Source of the DNA: Fidelibacterota bacterium
GTDB taxonomy: Bacteria; Fidelibacterota; Fidelibacteria; Fidelibacterales; Fidelibacteraceae
Length of the DNA stretch: 63,727 bases
Direction of reading: 5' to 3'
Assembly: GCA_034659735.1 (NCBI GenBank)
Contig: JAYEHX010000185.1
Location: forward strand, 1-63,727
The notes under the pieces were generated by a model. It had not been told where the DNA came from. It saw nothing but the letters and a program-made list of their open reading frames with translations, and made no database searches. Position numbers and translations under genes: made by a program. Of the stretch, positions 1-9,033 are shown one piece after another. The stretch's first letter is position 1. The number at the start of each line of letters is the position of its first letter.

Positions 1-143
1 TAATTTTTATTATAGTTTGTCTTTTTTTTGTAAGCAATCTGGCAATTTGTTAAATATATAGAACGATATCTAATAATAACATATCAAAATCAATTATATA
101 GTGGACGATTTCCAAATTATTACACACAAATTGATGTTTTCGC

Positions 144-172
144 TTGACATTTTTTCAAAAAAATCTTATCTT
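144..172 (+). promoter_or_regulatory. candidate sigma70-type promoter upstream of tusA-yeeE
   Basis: TTGACA (144-149), 17-nt spacer, TATCTT (167-172), about 90 nt upstream of the ATG at 265. Sequence-only guess. Confidence 0.3.
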
Positions 173-264
173 AGGGCAGTTGGGAAACAATAAAAAAAAT
201 GTATCATAAGGCGATATATTTGTATTTTTGAGTTTTTTTAAAGTAACAAAAAAAGGAGAAGAAA

Positions 265-492
265 ATGGAAGCAGATAAAAAATTAGATTGTTCCGGTTTG
301 AGTTGTCCTATGCCGATTATGAAATTAGCTGGTACAATGAAGAAAATGAATAGTGGCGAGATTCTGGAAATGATAGGAACAGATCCGGGATCAAAAGAAG
401 ATGTTCCAGCTTGGTGTGAAAAAACAGGCAATGAATTTTTAGAACGAACAGAAGAAGGTGGATCTTTCATATTTTATATTAAGAAAAAATAA
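265..492 (+). CDS. tusA: TusA/SirA-family sulfur carrier protein
   Basis: 75 aa. N-terminal 'LDCSGLSCPMPIMKL' carries the CPxP active-site motif typical of TusA/YeeD. Strong SD (AAAGGAGAAG) upstream. Confidence 0.9.
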   Translation: MEADKKLDCSGLSCPMPIMKLAGTMKKMNSGEILEMIGTDPGSKEDVPAWCEKTGNEFLERTEEGGSFIFYIKKK

Positions 493-506
493 TCAAAAGG
501 TCAAAT

Positions 507-1724
507 ATGTTTAAAAAAGGAGTTTTGAGAGAATTATTTGATTCGCTATTTAAAAAATCGTGGCCAATGTGGGTTGGTGGAATTTTATTGGCATTTTTGA
601 ATGTTCTACTATTTGTAATTAAATATCCGTGGGGAGCAAGTGGAGGATATGTAAATATTGGACAAAATTTGTTTCAAGCACTCGGCTCGGCAAATATTTC
701 TGCCGGATTACCAATAAATTTACATACTGTTGCGATATTAAATATTTTTATTATAATTGGTGCTTTTGTGTCTGCACTATTTTCAAAAGAGTTTAGTATT
801 AAAGTTGCACCGATTGGTGAACTTATCAAAGGAATGCTTGGTGGAGCATTAATGGGAATTGGAGCAACTGTCGGAATTGGTTGTACAACAGGTGGATTTT
901 TTAGTGGTGTTCCTGCTCTTTCCGGTGGCGCTTTATTTCTCTCACTTGGGTTTATGTTAGGGACATTTGTAGCACTTAGATATCTAATTTGGGAAATGGA
1001 AAAACTTCCAAACATAAGTATGGGGAAATCGTGTAATTTGCTTGCAGGCACTGGTAAGAGAATGGGTTGGCAAAGATGGCTTGGTTGGATAGTGATTGCT
1101 TTGACTTTATTTGTGTTTAGCAGATATACAAATGTTGGAAATGCAATTTCAAAAATTGTCGGTTGGCATGTATTTTTGGGATTGATTTTGGGAATTATTT
1201 TGCAGAGATCAAGATTTTGTATAGTTCGTGCTTTTCGTGAGCCATTTATGACAGGAGAATCTTCTGCACCGATTGCAGTTATTTTGAGTGTTTTGGTTGC
1301 TCTTATTGGATTTACGGTTATAAAATATTTTGGAATTGGTACAGCAGGATCGACAGCAGTTCATGCTATTGAAATGAAATCGGTTTATGCAAACTTTTGG
1401 CTTCGCGCTCTTATTGGTGGATTTATTTTCGGTTTGGGAATGACAATTGCGGGTGGATGTGCTGTTGGAGCTTTATGGAGAGCCGGAGAAGGACATCTGA
1501 AATTATGGATGTCAATTCTTGGTTTTATAGTTATGGCACCAATTTCTAAAGCATTCATCGTTCCGGGATTTGTGAAAATTATTCCTGAATCACTTAGAAC
1601 AAAAATGTTTCTACCTGAATATTTAGGATATACAGGAGCAGTTGTATTAGTTTTAGTTATTTTATTATTATGGTATATATTCGTTAAATGGAACGAAAAG
1701 ACCGGAAAATTTTCTGCAATATAA
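507..1724 (+). CDS. yeeE: YeeE/YedE-family sulfur (thiosulfate) transport membrane protein
   Basis: 405 aa, polytopic and Gly-rich. Cys-containing segments 'GIGCTTGGFFSG', 'QRSRFCIVRAF' and 'AGGCAVGALWRAGEG' are typical of the two-repeat YeeE/YedE family. Immediately follows tusA. Confidence 0.88.
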   Translation: MFKKGVLRELFDSLFKKSWPMWVGGILLAFLNVLLFVIKYPWGASGGYVNIGQNLFQALGSANISAGLPINLHTVAILNIFIIIGAFVSALFSKEFSIKVAPIGELIKGMLGGALMGIGATVGIGCTTGGFFSGVPALSGGALFLSLGFMLGTFVALRYLIWEMEKLPNISMGKSCNLLAGTGKRMGWQRWLGWIVIALTLFVFSRYTNVGNAISKIVGWHVFLGLILGIILQRSRFCIVRAFREPFMTGESSAPIAVILSVLVALIGFTVIKYFGIGTAGSTAVHAIEMKSVYANFWLRALIGGFIFGLGMTIAGGCAVGALWRAGEGHLKLWMSILGFIVMAPISKAFIVPGFVKIIPESLRTKMFLPEYLGYTGAVVLVLVILLLWYIFVKWNEKTGKFSAI

Positions 1725-1737
1725 TAAGGAGAAGAAA

Positions 1738-2271
1738 ATGAAAAAATTAATATTAGTTCTTTTTGCAACTCTTCTTTTTATGAGTTGTGGAAAAAATCTA
1801 TCTGAAAGTGGATATTTTGTTGATGCGAAGGCAATGGTCAACGAAGCCAAATCGGGAATAGTAGAGGTTTCTTATGATGAATTAAAATCAAAATTGGAAG
1901 CTGAAGAAATTCGTGTTATCATAGATATTCGTGAACCATCTGAATTTGAGAATGGATATATTGGAATGCCGGATGTAGAAGACGAATATCCATATCCCGA
2001 AACTTTTACTGTAAATATTCCTCGTGGATTACTTGAATTTAAAATAGCAGATGAAGATTATTGGAATGATGAACTTTGGGTAGAGATGCCGTCAAAGGAT
2101 GAAGAAATTATAGTTTATTGTAAAAAAGGTGGCCGTGGAGCACTTGCAGTGCAGTCACTTCAAATGCTTGGTTATACGAATGTAAAAAATTTACTCGGTG
2201 GCTACCGAATATGGCTTGACCCAAGTGCACCGTTTGAAGAAGCACCAAAAAGTTCCGGTGGTTGTGGGTAA
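1738..2271 (+). CDS. single-domain rhodanese lipoprotein (exported sulfurtransferase)
   Basis: Lipobox 'LLFMSCG'. Rhodanese active-site loop 'VYCKKGGRGALA'. C-terminal 'SSGGCG' tail. Confidence 0.85.
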   Translation: MKKLILVLFATLLFMSCGKNLSESGYFVDAKAMVNEAKSGIVEVSYDELKSKLEAEEIRVIIDIREPSEFENGYIGMPDVEDEYPYPETFTVNIPRGLLEFKIADEDYWNDELWVEMPSKDEEIIVYCKKGGRGALAVQSLQMLGYTNVKNLLGGYRIWLDPSAPFEEAPKSSGGCG

Positions 2272-2328
2272 ATTAATTAAAAAAAGGTAGGGATAGAGAA
2301 CAAATTCATAAACAAAAAAGGAGGATTT

Positions 2329-3339
2329 ATGAAAAATTGGATTAGAAGTATAGTTGTAATTTCTGCTATAGCAATGCTGTTTACTGTAGGATGTGATAGA
2401 ACAGAATCTAAAACAGAATCGACGGTTTTGATTGAGTACTTAATTGATAACGATCTTGATTTATCAGATATCCTCAATGGCTGGATAATCACAGCTAAAG
2501 ATGTTCATGATAATCTTGGTGATTATTATGTTATTGATGTTCGTTCACAAGCAAGCTATGATGCAGGTCATATTCCCGGTGCAGTTTTTGCTGATGCCTC
2601 TACAATTCTTAATGTTGCCGGAAATAGCAATGGAAAAACAATTCTTGTGCATTGTTATAAAGGAATTGGTGCCACAAGATTATTAGTGGCTCTCCGACTA
2701 AGTGGATATACAACTGCAAAAAGTTTAAAATTTGGAATGAGTGCTTGGGGACCAGCTGATGCTGATAGTGGTGCAGCTTATGATAAATGGACAGGTGCAG
2801 TTTCTGACACAGCTCTTAGTTATCCTGCAGATTGGCTAACTACAGCAAGTACACCTGCTACTGATATTGAATATGAGTATCCTGAATTAAGCACAGGTGA
2901 AGATGAAGGTGCAGATATTCTTGCATCAAGAGTAGCAACTCTTTTATCTGATGGATATGGTTATGCAACAGCACCGGATATTCTTGTAAATCGTGGAGAT
3001 TATTTTATTAACAATTATTGGGATGAAACTTCTTGGGATCATTATGGACATATTGCAGGTGCACATCGTGTTTTTGGAATGAGTTTAGAAAATGGTGGAA
3101 TTGATAATATGAATCCTGATGAAACTATTGTGACATATTGCTGGACAAGTCAGACATCAGGAGTTATTACAGCATATTTAACAGTATTAGGTTATGATGC
3201 ACAAAGCTTAATGTTAGGTACTAATGGAATGATTTATTCAAACTTAGAGACACATGCTTGGGGATTGGGAGCAAATGTTAATGTAGCATTAGGTGTTACT
3301 GCCGGTGCAAATGCACCAGGTGATTACGAATTAGAATAA
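2329..3339 (+). CDS. tandem-rhodanese lipoprotein
   Basis: Lipobox 'LFTVGCD'. Two rhodanese-like loops, 'LVHCYKGIGATRL' and 'VTYCWTSQTSGV'. Confidence 0.8.
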   Translation: MKNWIRSIVVISAIAMLFTVGCDRTESKTESTVLIEYLIDNDLDLSDILNGWIITAKDVHDNLGDYYVIDVRSQASYDAGHIPGAVFADASTILNVAGNSNGKTILVHCYKGIGATRLLVALRLSGYTTAKSLKFGMSAWGPADADSGAAYDKWTGAVSDTALSYPADWLTTASTPATDIEYEYPELSTGEDEGADILASRVATLLSDGYGYATAPDILVNRGDYFINNYWDETSWDHYGHIAGAHRVFGMSLENGGIDNMNPDETIVTYCWTSQTSGVITAYLTVLGYDAQSLMLGTNGMIYSNLETHAWGLGANVNVALGVTAGANAPGDYELE

Positions 3340-3352
3340 ACCAAAAAAATGC

Positions 3353-3383
3353 AATAAAGAGCGGACAATTTCCGCTCTTTATT
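3353..3383 (+). terminator. strong stem-loop after the tandem-rhodanese gene
   Basis: Perfect 12-bp stem AATAAAGAGCGG / CCGCTCTTTATT with a 7-nt loop. The T-tract is weak (TTATTACTT). Confidence 0.55.
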
Positions 3384-3397
3384 ACTTAGGAGTTAAA

Positions 3398-4447
3398 ATG
3401 AAGAAAAATATTTATCTATTTATAGTATTGCTACTATGTCTTCCAACTTTCGTTCATGCGAGTGGTTGTATGGAAGCATCTTCTGATGAAGGAGTAAGTG
3501 TTGTTGGTTATTTGCAAAATCAATTTGAATATTTAATTGATAATGATGAAAATGAAAGTAGTTTTACATTTAATCGTGCGAGAATGGGTTTGGTTGGAAA
3601 TATACCGTACGATTTTAGTTATTATATTATGTTTGAATTCAGTCCTTATAAAAATGGGCCGTATCTTTTGGATGGATTTATAACATATTCTCGTCTGTCA
3701 CCATATTTAGAAATTTCTTTAGGACAATTTAAATCACCATTTAGTTTGGAATTAAATACACCTTGTCAAAAATTGCATACGATTAACCGATCAAATGTTG
3801 TAACAAATCTTGCAAATCCATTTAGAGATTTGGGATTATTAATCGAAGGTAAACATAAAGATTTATTGAAATATGCCTTTGCTATTACTAATGGTTCGGG
3901 ATTAAATGAAGTAGAAAATAATGATACAAAAGATTATGCAGGACGAGTAGTTTTATCACCTTTTAGTTTGCTTAGTGTTGGTGGCGGATTTAGTATAAAA
4001 ACTTTATTACCTGCATCAGTTGGTGCATCGGACCCCGATAAATTATACAGATATGCAGTTGAGCTCCAGTTAGAAATGGGCGAATTTTTAGTTCAAGGTG
4101 AATATCTTATGGCGAGTTATGAATCATCTGGTGGAACAGTTCATCATCCTGCAGATTGTTCTGGACCTGCATGGGACGAAGTGATTCCAGCGGGGACAAC
4201 AGAAAGAAACGGCTATTGGGCACAAGCAATGTATATGACAGATTGGAATATTCAACCGATAATAAAATACGAGACATACGAGCCGAATATAGATTTTGGT
4301 AATGATATTGAAAGTATTGTTACTTTCGGAGTAAATTATTTCTTTAACGATTGGACAAGGTTACAATTAAATTATCTTTACAAATATGAAGAATTTGAAG
4401 TATATAATGATGAAATATTATTACAATTACAAGTTGTTTTAAATTAA
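3398..4447 (+). CDS. outer-membrane porin (phosphate-selective porin O/P-like family)
   Basis: Signal peptide 'LLLCLPTFVHA'. Motifs 'FNRARMGLVGN' and 'GQFKSPFSLE' plus alternating beta-strand pattern resemble Porin_O_P proteins. Confidence 0.7.
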   Translation: MKKNIYLFIVLLLCLPTFVHASGCMEASSDEGVSVVGYLQNQFEYLIDNDENESSFTFNRARMGLVGNIPYDFSYYIMFEFSPYKNGPYLLDGFITYSRLSPYLEISLGQFKSPFSLELNTPCQKLHTINRSNVVTNLANPFRDLGLLIEGKHKDLLKYAFAITNGSGLNEVENNDTKDYAGRVVLSPFSLLSVGGGFSIKTLLPASVGASDPDKLYRYAVELQLEMGEFLVQGEYLMASYESSGGTVHHPADCSGPAWDEVIPAGTTERNGYWAQAMYMTDWNIQPIIKYETYEPNIDFGNDIESIVTFGVNYFFNDWTRLQLNYLYKYEEFEVYNDEILLQLQVVLN

Positions 4448-4502
4448 ATATTTAAAAATGTAATAGTAAATAAAACAGAAATTGAAAAAAGGGAGAATGA
4501 AA

Positions 4503-5351
4503 ATGAAAAAATTAATTGGAATTTTATTTGTAATTTTAGCTTTATCACAAATTGTTTTTGCGGATGTAATATCAGTTAAAGAAACAGCAAAATTAGCAAA
4601 AAAGGGAGAAGTTATTATCGTTTCTGCGAGAAGTAATTCAGATTATGCTAAAAAACATATCAAAGGTGCTGTTAATATTTACCATAAAGACCTTTATAAA
4701 TCAGATGGAATTTCTTCTATGTTAAAAAGTCCTGTCAAAATCGCCGAAATTTTTGGAAATCAAGGTATAAAAAGTGATAGCAAGATTGTTATATATGATG
4801 ATGGTGATAATAAACTCGCCGGAAGATTGTATTGGATATTTAAATATATGGGTGCTACAGATGTAAATATATTAGATGGACATATTAAGGGTTGGATGAA
4901 AGGAAGGAAACCGATTACAAAAAGTGCAACTAATATAAGTGCCGTCATATTTAGCAAGAATATAAAATCCTCAGAAATTGCTACAATGAAATATGTAAAA
5001 GATAATTTAGATAAAATTACTTTAGTAGATGTGCGAAGTGCTGATGAATACAATGGAAAAAATAATGATGATGAAAATATAAAAAGACCGGGGCATATTC
5101 CTGAAGCAATTCATTTTGAATACAATAATGTTGTAAATGATGATGGAACAATAAAATCAAAAGAGAAAATTGCAAAACTTGTGAAAGATGCAGGAATCAA
5201 ATCTGATAAAGAAATTGTTCTCTATTGTGCTTCAAGTGTTCGTGCGGGAATTGTTTATGTGGCACTTACTGATGTTTTAAATTTTTCTAAAGTAAGAGTT
5301 TATGATGGTGCATATTATGAATGGAGCAATAGTTCTAATTCGATTAAATAA
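4503..5351 (+). CDS. exported tandem-rhodanese thiosulfate sulfurtransferase
   Basis: The track ORF starts at TTG 4482. ATG 4503 lies 7 nt after GGGAG and gives the signal peptide 'MKKLIGILFVILALSQIVFA'. Catalytic loop 'LYCASSVRAG' is in the C-terminal domain. Confidence 0.85.
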   Translation: MKKLIGILFVILALSQIVFADVISVKETAKLAKKGEVIIVSARSNSDYAKKHIKGAVNIYHKDLYKSDGISSMLKSPVKIAEIFGNQGIKSDSKIVIYDDGDNKLAGRLYWIFKYMGATDVNILDGHIKGWMKGRKPITKSATNISAVIFSKNIKSSEIATMKYVKDNLDKITLVDVRSADEYNGKNNDDENIKRPGHIPEAIHFEYNNVVNDDGTIKSKEKIAKLVKDAGIKSDKEIVLYCASSVRAGIVYVALTDVLNFSKVRVYDGAYYEWSNSSNSIK

Positions 5352-5359
5352 AAAATAAT

Positions 5360-5383
5360 ATAGATAACCGAATTCTTATCTAT
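5360..5383 (+). terminator. stem-loop after the rhodanese gene
   Basis: ATAGATAA / TTATCTAT 8-bp stem with an 8-nt loop, followed by ATTTCCATTT. Confidence 0.4.
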
Positions 5384-5415
5384 ATTTCCATTTAGAAAAA
5401 AAGAGGAAAGATAAT

Positions 5416-5844
5416 TTGGAAAAAAAAGATTTTACTCCGAAAATTATTGGATTTTTATGTAACTGGTGTACTTATGCGGCAGCGGATCAAGCGGGAGCGT
5501 TAAAAAAAGAAATATCTCCGAACTTTTCTGTAATTCGTGTAATGTGTTCGAGTCGGATAGATCATAATTTATTACTCACAACATTTTTTAATGGAGCAGA
5601 TGGGATTCTTATAGCCGGATGTCATCCGGGGGATTGTCATTATGATAAAGGTAATTATTATGCAAGAAGAAGATATGCACTTTTAAAAGATGTAATGAAA
5701 ACACTAAATCTGGAACCGGAAAGATTAGAGCTTTCTTGGATTTCAGCAGCGGAAGGGAAAAAATATTCCGAATTTGTGAATAAGTTTAGTGAAAAAATAA
5801 AGAAATTAGGTCCGAGTCCGATAAACGAGAGCAAATTGTTTTAA
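5416..5844 (+). CDS. mvhD: MvhD-like iron-sulfur protein (methyl-viologen-reducing hydrogenase delta subunit family), copy 1
   Basis: 142 aa with 'FLCNWCTYAAADQAG', 'VMCSSRID' and 'GCHPGDCHY'. Paralog of 11304..11729 and 14831..15250. TTG start. Confidence 0.88.
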   Translation: MEKKDFTPKIIGFLCNWCTYAAADQAGALKKEISPNFSVIRVMCSSRIDHNLLLTTFFNGADGILIAGCHPGDCHYDKGNYYARRRYALLKDVMKTLNLEPERLELSWISAAEGKKYSEFVNKFSEKIKKLGPSPINESKLF

Positions 5845-5906
5845 TGTTTATTGAAGTGCAATTTTAAATTTATTTCCAAAAATTAATAATAGATAGGTTT
5901 AAAAAT

Positions 5907-7193
5907 ATGAGTGAAGAAAAAGTTTTAATAATGGGTTCAGGGTTGCCGGGTATGAGAGCAAGTTTACTTTTGGCAAATGCAGGAAAGACGGTTTATCTTG
6001 TGGAAAAGTTATCCAATATTGGCGGTGATGCAATTAAAAATGAAGAGAGTTTTCCAAAGTTAGAGTGTTCTACCTGTATGGTTGCACCTACTCAGCAGGA
6101 GGTCTTGCACCATCCGAAAATCAAAACAATGACGCTCTGCAAGGTTGAAAAAATCACCGGAAAGGTAGGAAAATTTAATGTATCTATTAAGAAAAAAGCA
6201 AGATTTGTAAGTGAAACGGATTGTATTGGTTGCGATGCGTGTTTTCCACCTTGTCCCGTGAGTATCAGTAATGAATGGGAAGAAAATCTCATCGACAAAA
6301 AAGCAATATTCGTTCCATGTCCGGGTTCTTTGCCAAATGTTCCAATGATCAATACAGAACATTGCTTACATATAAATGGTAAGAAAAAAGAGTGTAAAGC
6401 ATGTGTTGAAGCATGTATGTTTGATGCTATAAACCTTGATGATAAAGATGAGATGATAGATGTAGAAGTTGGTGCAATTATTATTGCAATAGGATCTGAA
6501 ACTTATGATGTCTCAACTCTTTCACAATTTGGATATGGTAATAATCCCAGTGTTTATACAGCCATGGAATTTGAACGACTCTTTTCTTCAAACGGCCCTA
6601 CGAAAGGAGAATTGACTCTTAGAAAAACAGAAAAAGAACCAAAATCTGTTGCGATTATTCACTGTGTAGGAAGGGAAGAGCAGGGATATTGTTCAGGTAT
6701 TTGTTGTATGTATTCTGTAAAACATGCTCATTTCATAAAACATAAATTACCGAAAACAAAAATATATAACATTCATACAGATATTTGCGTTGCCGATAAG
6801 ACATATTTTAATTTTGTAGAAAATTTTAGAGATAAAGAGACGAAATTAATTTATCACTCATCTATGAAAGATTTAAAAGTAGAAAAAAATGGCAACGGAT
6901 TAAGTGTGAATTATTTAAGTGGATTGGGAGCAAAAGAGAAATTGGATGTTGATATGGTAATTTTGGCATCTGCTATGGTTCCGGGAGAAGAGAATAAAGA
7001 AATCAGTGAAATGATCGGAATTGATTTGGACAATCATGGATTTTTTATGACAAAAAAAGACATGGTAGGTTCGGTTGAATCAAGTAAAGAAGGAATTTTT
7101 ATTGCAGGATGTGCAGAAGGTCCTAAGGATATTCAAACATCTGTAATACAGGCAGAAGCGACAGTTAGCGGTGTTATGAAAATTTTTGAATAA
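5907..7193 (+). CDS. hdrA: HdrA-like FAD/Fe-S flavoprotein, first half of a split double-HdrA unit
   Basis: 'IMGSGLPG' dinucleotide fold, 'FPKLECSTCMVAP', inserted ferredoxin 'CIGCDACFPPCP...CKACVEACMF', and HdrA signature 'HCVGREEQGYCSGICC'. Colinear with residues 1 to about 430 of 11774..14809. Confidence 0.88.
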   Translation: MSEEKVLIMGSGLPGMRASLLLANAGKTVYLVEKLSNIGGDAIKNEESFPKLECSTCMVAPTQQEVLHHPKIKTMTLCKVEKITGKVGKFNVSIKKKARFVSETDCIGCDACFPPCPVSISNEWEENLIDKKAIFVPCPGSLPNVPMINTEHCLHINGKKKECKACVEACMFDAINLDDKDEMIDVEVGAIIIAIGSETYDVSTLSQFGYGNNPSVYTAMEFERLFSSNGPTKGELTLRKTEKEPKSVAIIHCVGREEQGYCSGICCMYSVKHAHFIKHKLPKTKIYNIHTDICVADKTYFNFVENFRDKETKLIYHSSMKDLKVEKNGNGLSVNYLSGLGAKEKLDVDMVILASAMVPGEENKEISEMIGIDLDNHGFFMTKKDMVGSVESSKEGIFIAGCAEGPKDIQTSVIQAEATVSGVMKIFE

Positions 7194-7248
7194 ATTATAA
7201 TTGAAAATAATATTCTTTACCAATTATTTGAATTAAGAAGGTAGAAAA

Positions 7249-8934
7249 ATGAAAAAGAAAATCGGAGTATATGTATGTGAATGTGGCCCCAATATCGCGA
7301 GTAAAATGCATATTGATAAAATATTGGAATCGGTAAAATCACATAATTCTGAAGATGTTGAAATTGTGCCTATTAAACATAAATTGTTATGTTCAGTGCA
7401 AGGAAAGAAATTTCTTGAAGAGGATATCAAAAAGCAGGAATTGACTCATCTCGTAGTCGCCGCATGTTCGCCGAGAGAACATAATACTACATTTATGAAT
7501 ATCTGTAAAAAATCTGATTTGAATCCATATTTATATAAAATGATAAATATTCGCGAACAGGTTGCTTGGGTTATTCCGGATAAAGAGAAGGCAACAGAAA
7601 AGGCGATTCAATACATAAATGGTGGTATTAGTCGAGTGCAATATCAAGGTGAATTATTTGAAAATAAAATAGATGCAATTCCGGATGTGCTTGTAATCGG
7701 TGGTGGAATTTCAGGAATTGAATCGGCACTTTCATTGGCTAATGAAAAAAGAAAAGTAGTATTGATAGAAAAAACAGATAAATTGGGTGGAAATTCTGTA
7801 TTTTATAAAAAGTTACTTCCGAGACAAGGAGCAGAAAAAGATTTTATCGCAAAGAAAATTGCAGAGGTGACAAATAATAAAAATATCAAAATTCATTTAG
7901 AGACAGAACTTGAAGAAATTCTCGGTTTTCTCGGAAATTTTGAAGTTACTTTACGAAATGTAAATAATAAAGATAATAAAATTGAGATAAAAATCGGTGC
8001 GACTATTGTTGCTACAGGATTTCAATTATCAAATCCGACAAGTTTTAAAAATGTAAAATATAAAGAGAGTGATGAAGTATATACTTCACTTGAGATAGAA
8101 AAAATGTTTTCAGAAAAAGGAAAAATATTGCTTTCATCCGGAAGTGAGCCGAAAACAGTTGCTCTTGTTCATTGTGTTGGTAAAGATGAAAAAAAATATT
8201 GTTCTCAAATCTGTTGTAATTATATGATGAAAATCGCAAACTATTTCAAAGAACAATCAAAGGAAATTAAAGTAAAGGAATTTTATAAAGATTTATGTTT
8301 ACCAAATAAAGATGACGAAAAATTATTTAGAGATACAGAGAAAAATGGTGTTGATTTTGTGAGAATCAAAGATATTGATATTCAAGGAAATGAAATAAAA
8401 TATACAGGAATCAACGGAAAAAATGAAAAGACGAAATTTGATATGATTGTTGTTGCACCACCAATTGAACCGAAAGCCGGAACTAAAAATTTATCACAAA
8501 TAATTGATATTCCTTTAGATGAATTTGGTTTTTTTCAAGAGGTACATCAGACAACTAATCCAACAGGAACTGCAACTGATGGAGTTTTTATTGTTGGAAC
8601 GGCACAAGGACCAAAAGGAATTTCAAATTCTATGTTGATGAGTCAAGCCGTTTCCGGGAAGATTAAAACGCAATTAATTCCCGGGGAAAAAATAATTCCG
8701 GAAGTGAAGACATCAGAAATTTTAGAAGCGTATTGTATGGGTTGTAAAACTTGTTTGGAAGTATGCTGTTTTGGAGCAATTTATTTTGATGAGATAAAGG
8801 GAATATCACGAGTGAATGAAGCACTTTGTCGCGGATGTGGAAATTGTATTGCGAGTTGTCCTTCTGAGGCGATAAGACACAAACATTTTACAAGTGAGCA
8901 GTTGTTTCAAGAAGTTATTGAGATATTGAAATAG
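7249..8934 (+). CDS. hdrA: HdrA-like FAD/Fe-S flavoprotein, second half of the split double-HdrA unit
   Basis: N-terminal 'VYVCECGPNIA...VVAACSPREH' domain, 'VIGGGISG', 'HCVGKDEKKYCSQICC', and C-terminal ferredoxin 'CMGCKTCLEVC...CRGCGNCIASCP'. Colinear with the C-terminal ~570 aa of 11774..14809. Confidence 0.88.
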   Translation: MKKKIGVYVCECGPNIASKMHIDKILESVKSHNSEDVEIVPIKHKLLCSVQGKKFLEEDIKKQELTHLVVAACSPREHNTTFMNICKKSDLNPYLYKMINIREQVAWVIPDKEKATEKAIQYINGGISRVQYQGELFENKIDAIPDVLVIGGGISGIESALSLANEKRKVVLIEKTDKLGGNSVFYKKLLPRQGAEKDFIAKKIAEVTNNKNIKIHLETELEEILGFLGNFEVTLRNVNNKDNKIEIKIGATIVATGFQLSNPTSFKNVKYKESDEVYTSLEIEKMFSEKGKILLSSGSEPKTVALVHCVGKDEKKYCSQICCNYMMKIANYFKEQSKEIKVKEFYKDLCLPNKDDEKLFRDTEKNGVDFVRIKDIDIQGNEIKYTGINGKNEKTKFDMIVVAPPIEPKAGTKNLSQIIDIPLDEFGFFQEVHQTTNPTGTATDGVFIVGTAQGPKGISNSMLMSQAVSGKIKTQLIPGEKIIPEVKTSEILEAYCMGCKTCLEVCCFGAIYFDEIKGISRVNEALCRGCGNCIASCPSEAIRHKHFTSEQLFQEVIEILK

Positions 8935-8991
8935 TTTAAGAGGTTTAAGAGGGTTAGAAGGTTAGAGGGTTAGAAGGTTAGAAGGTTAGGA
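8934..8991. repeat. 8-nt period tandem array GTTTAAGA/GGTTAGRR (about 7 units)
   Basis: Read directly: gtttaaga ggtttaaga gggttagaa ggttagag ggttagaa ggttagaa ggttagga. Starts at the last base of the hdrA stop codon. Confidence 0.9.
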
Positions 8992-9033
8992 ATTTTAGAG
9001 ATGATGGAATAATCGAATTACGAGGAGAGATAG

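Noticed and set aside
7191-7251. The split between the two HdrA-like ORFs as a selenocysteine (TGA) read-through or sequencing frameshift.
   Set aside because: The stop is TAA, not TGA. The downstream ORF is in a different frame with its own SD and ATG. The break coincides with a domain boundary. A sequencing error cannot be fully excluded without reads.
8934-8991. Telomere-like TTAGGG/GGGTTAG repeats.
   Set aside because: The resemblance is superficial. The period is 8 rather than 6-7, the arrays are internal to an operon, and nothing suggests a linear replicon end.
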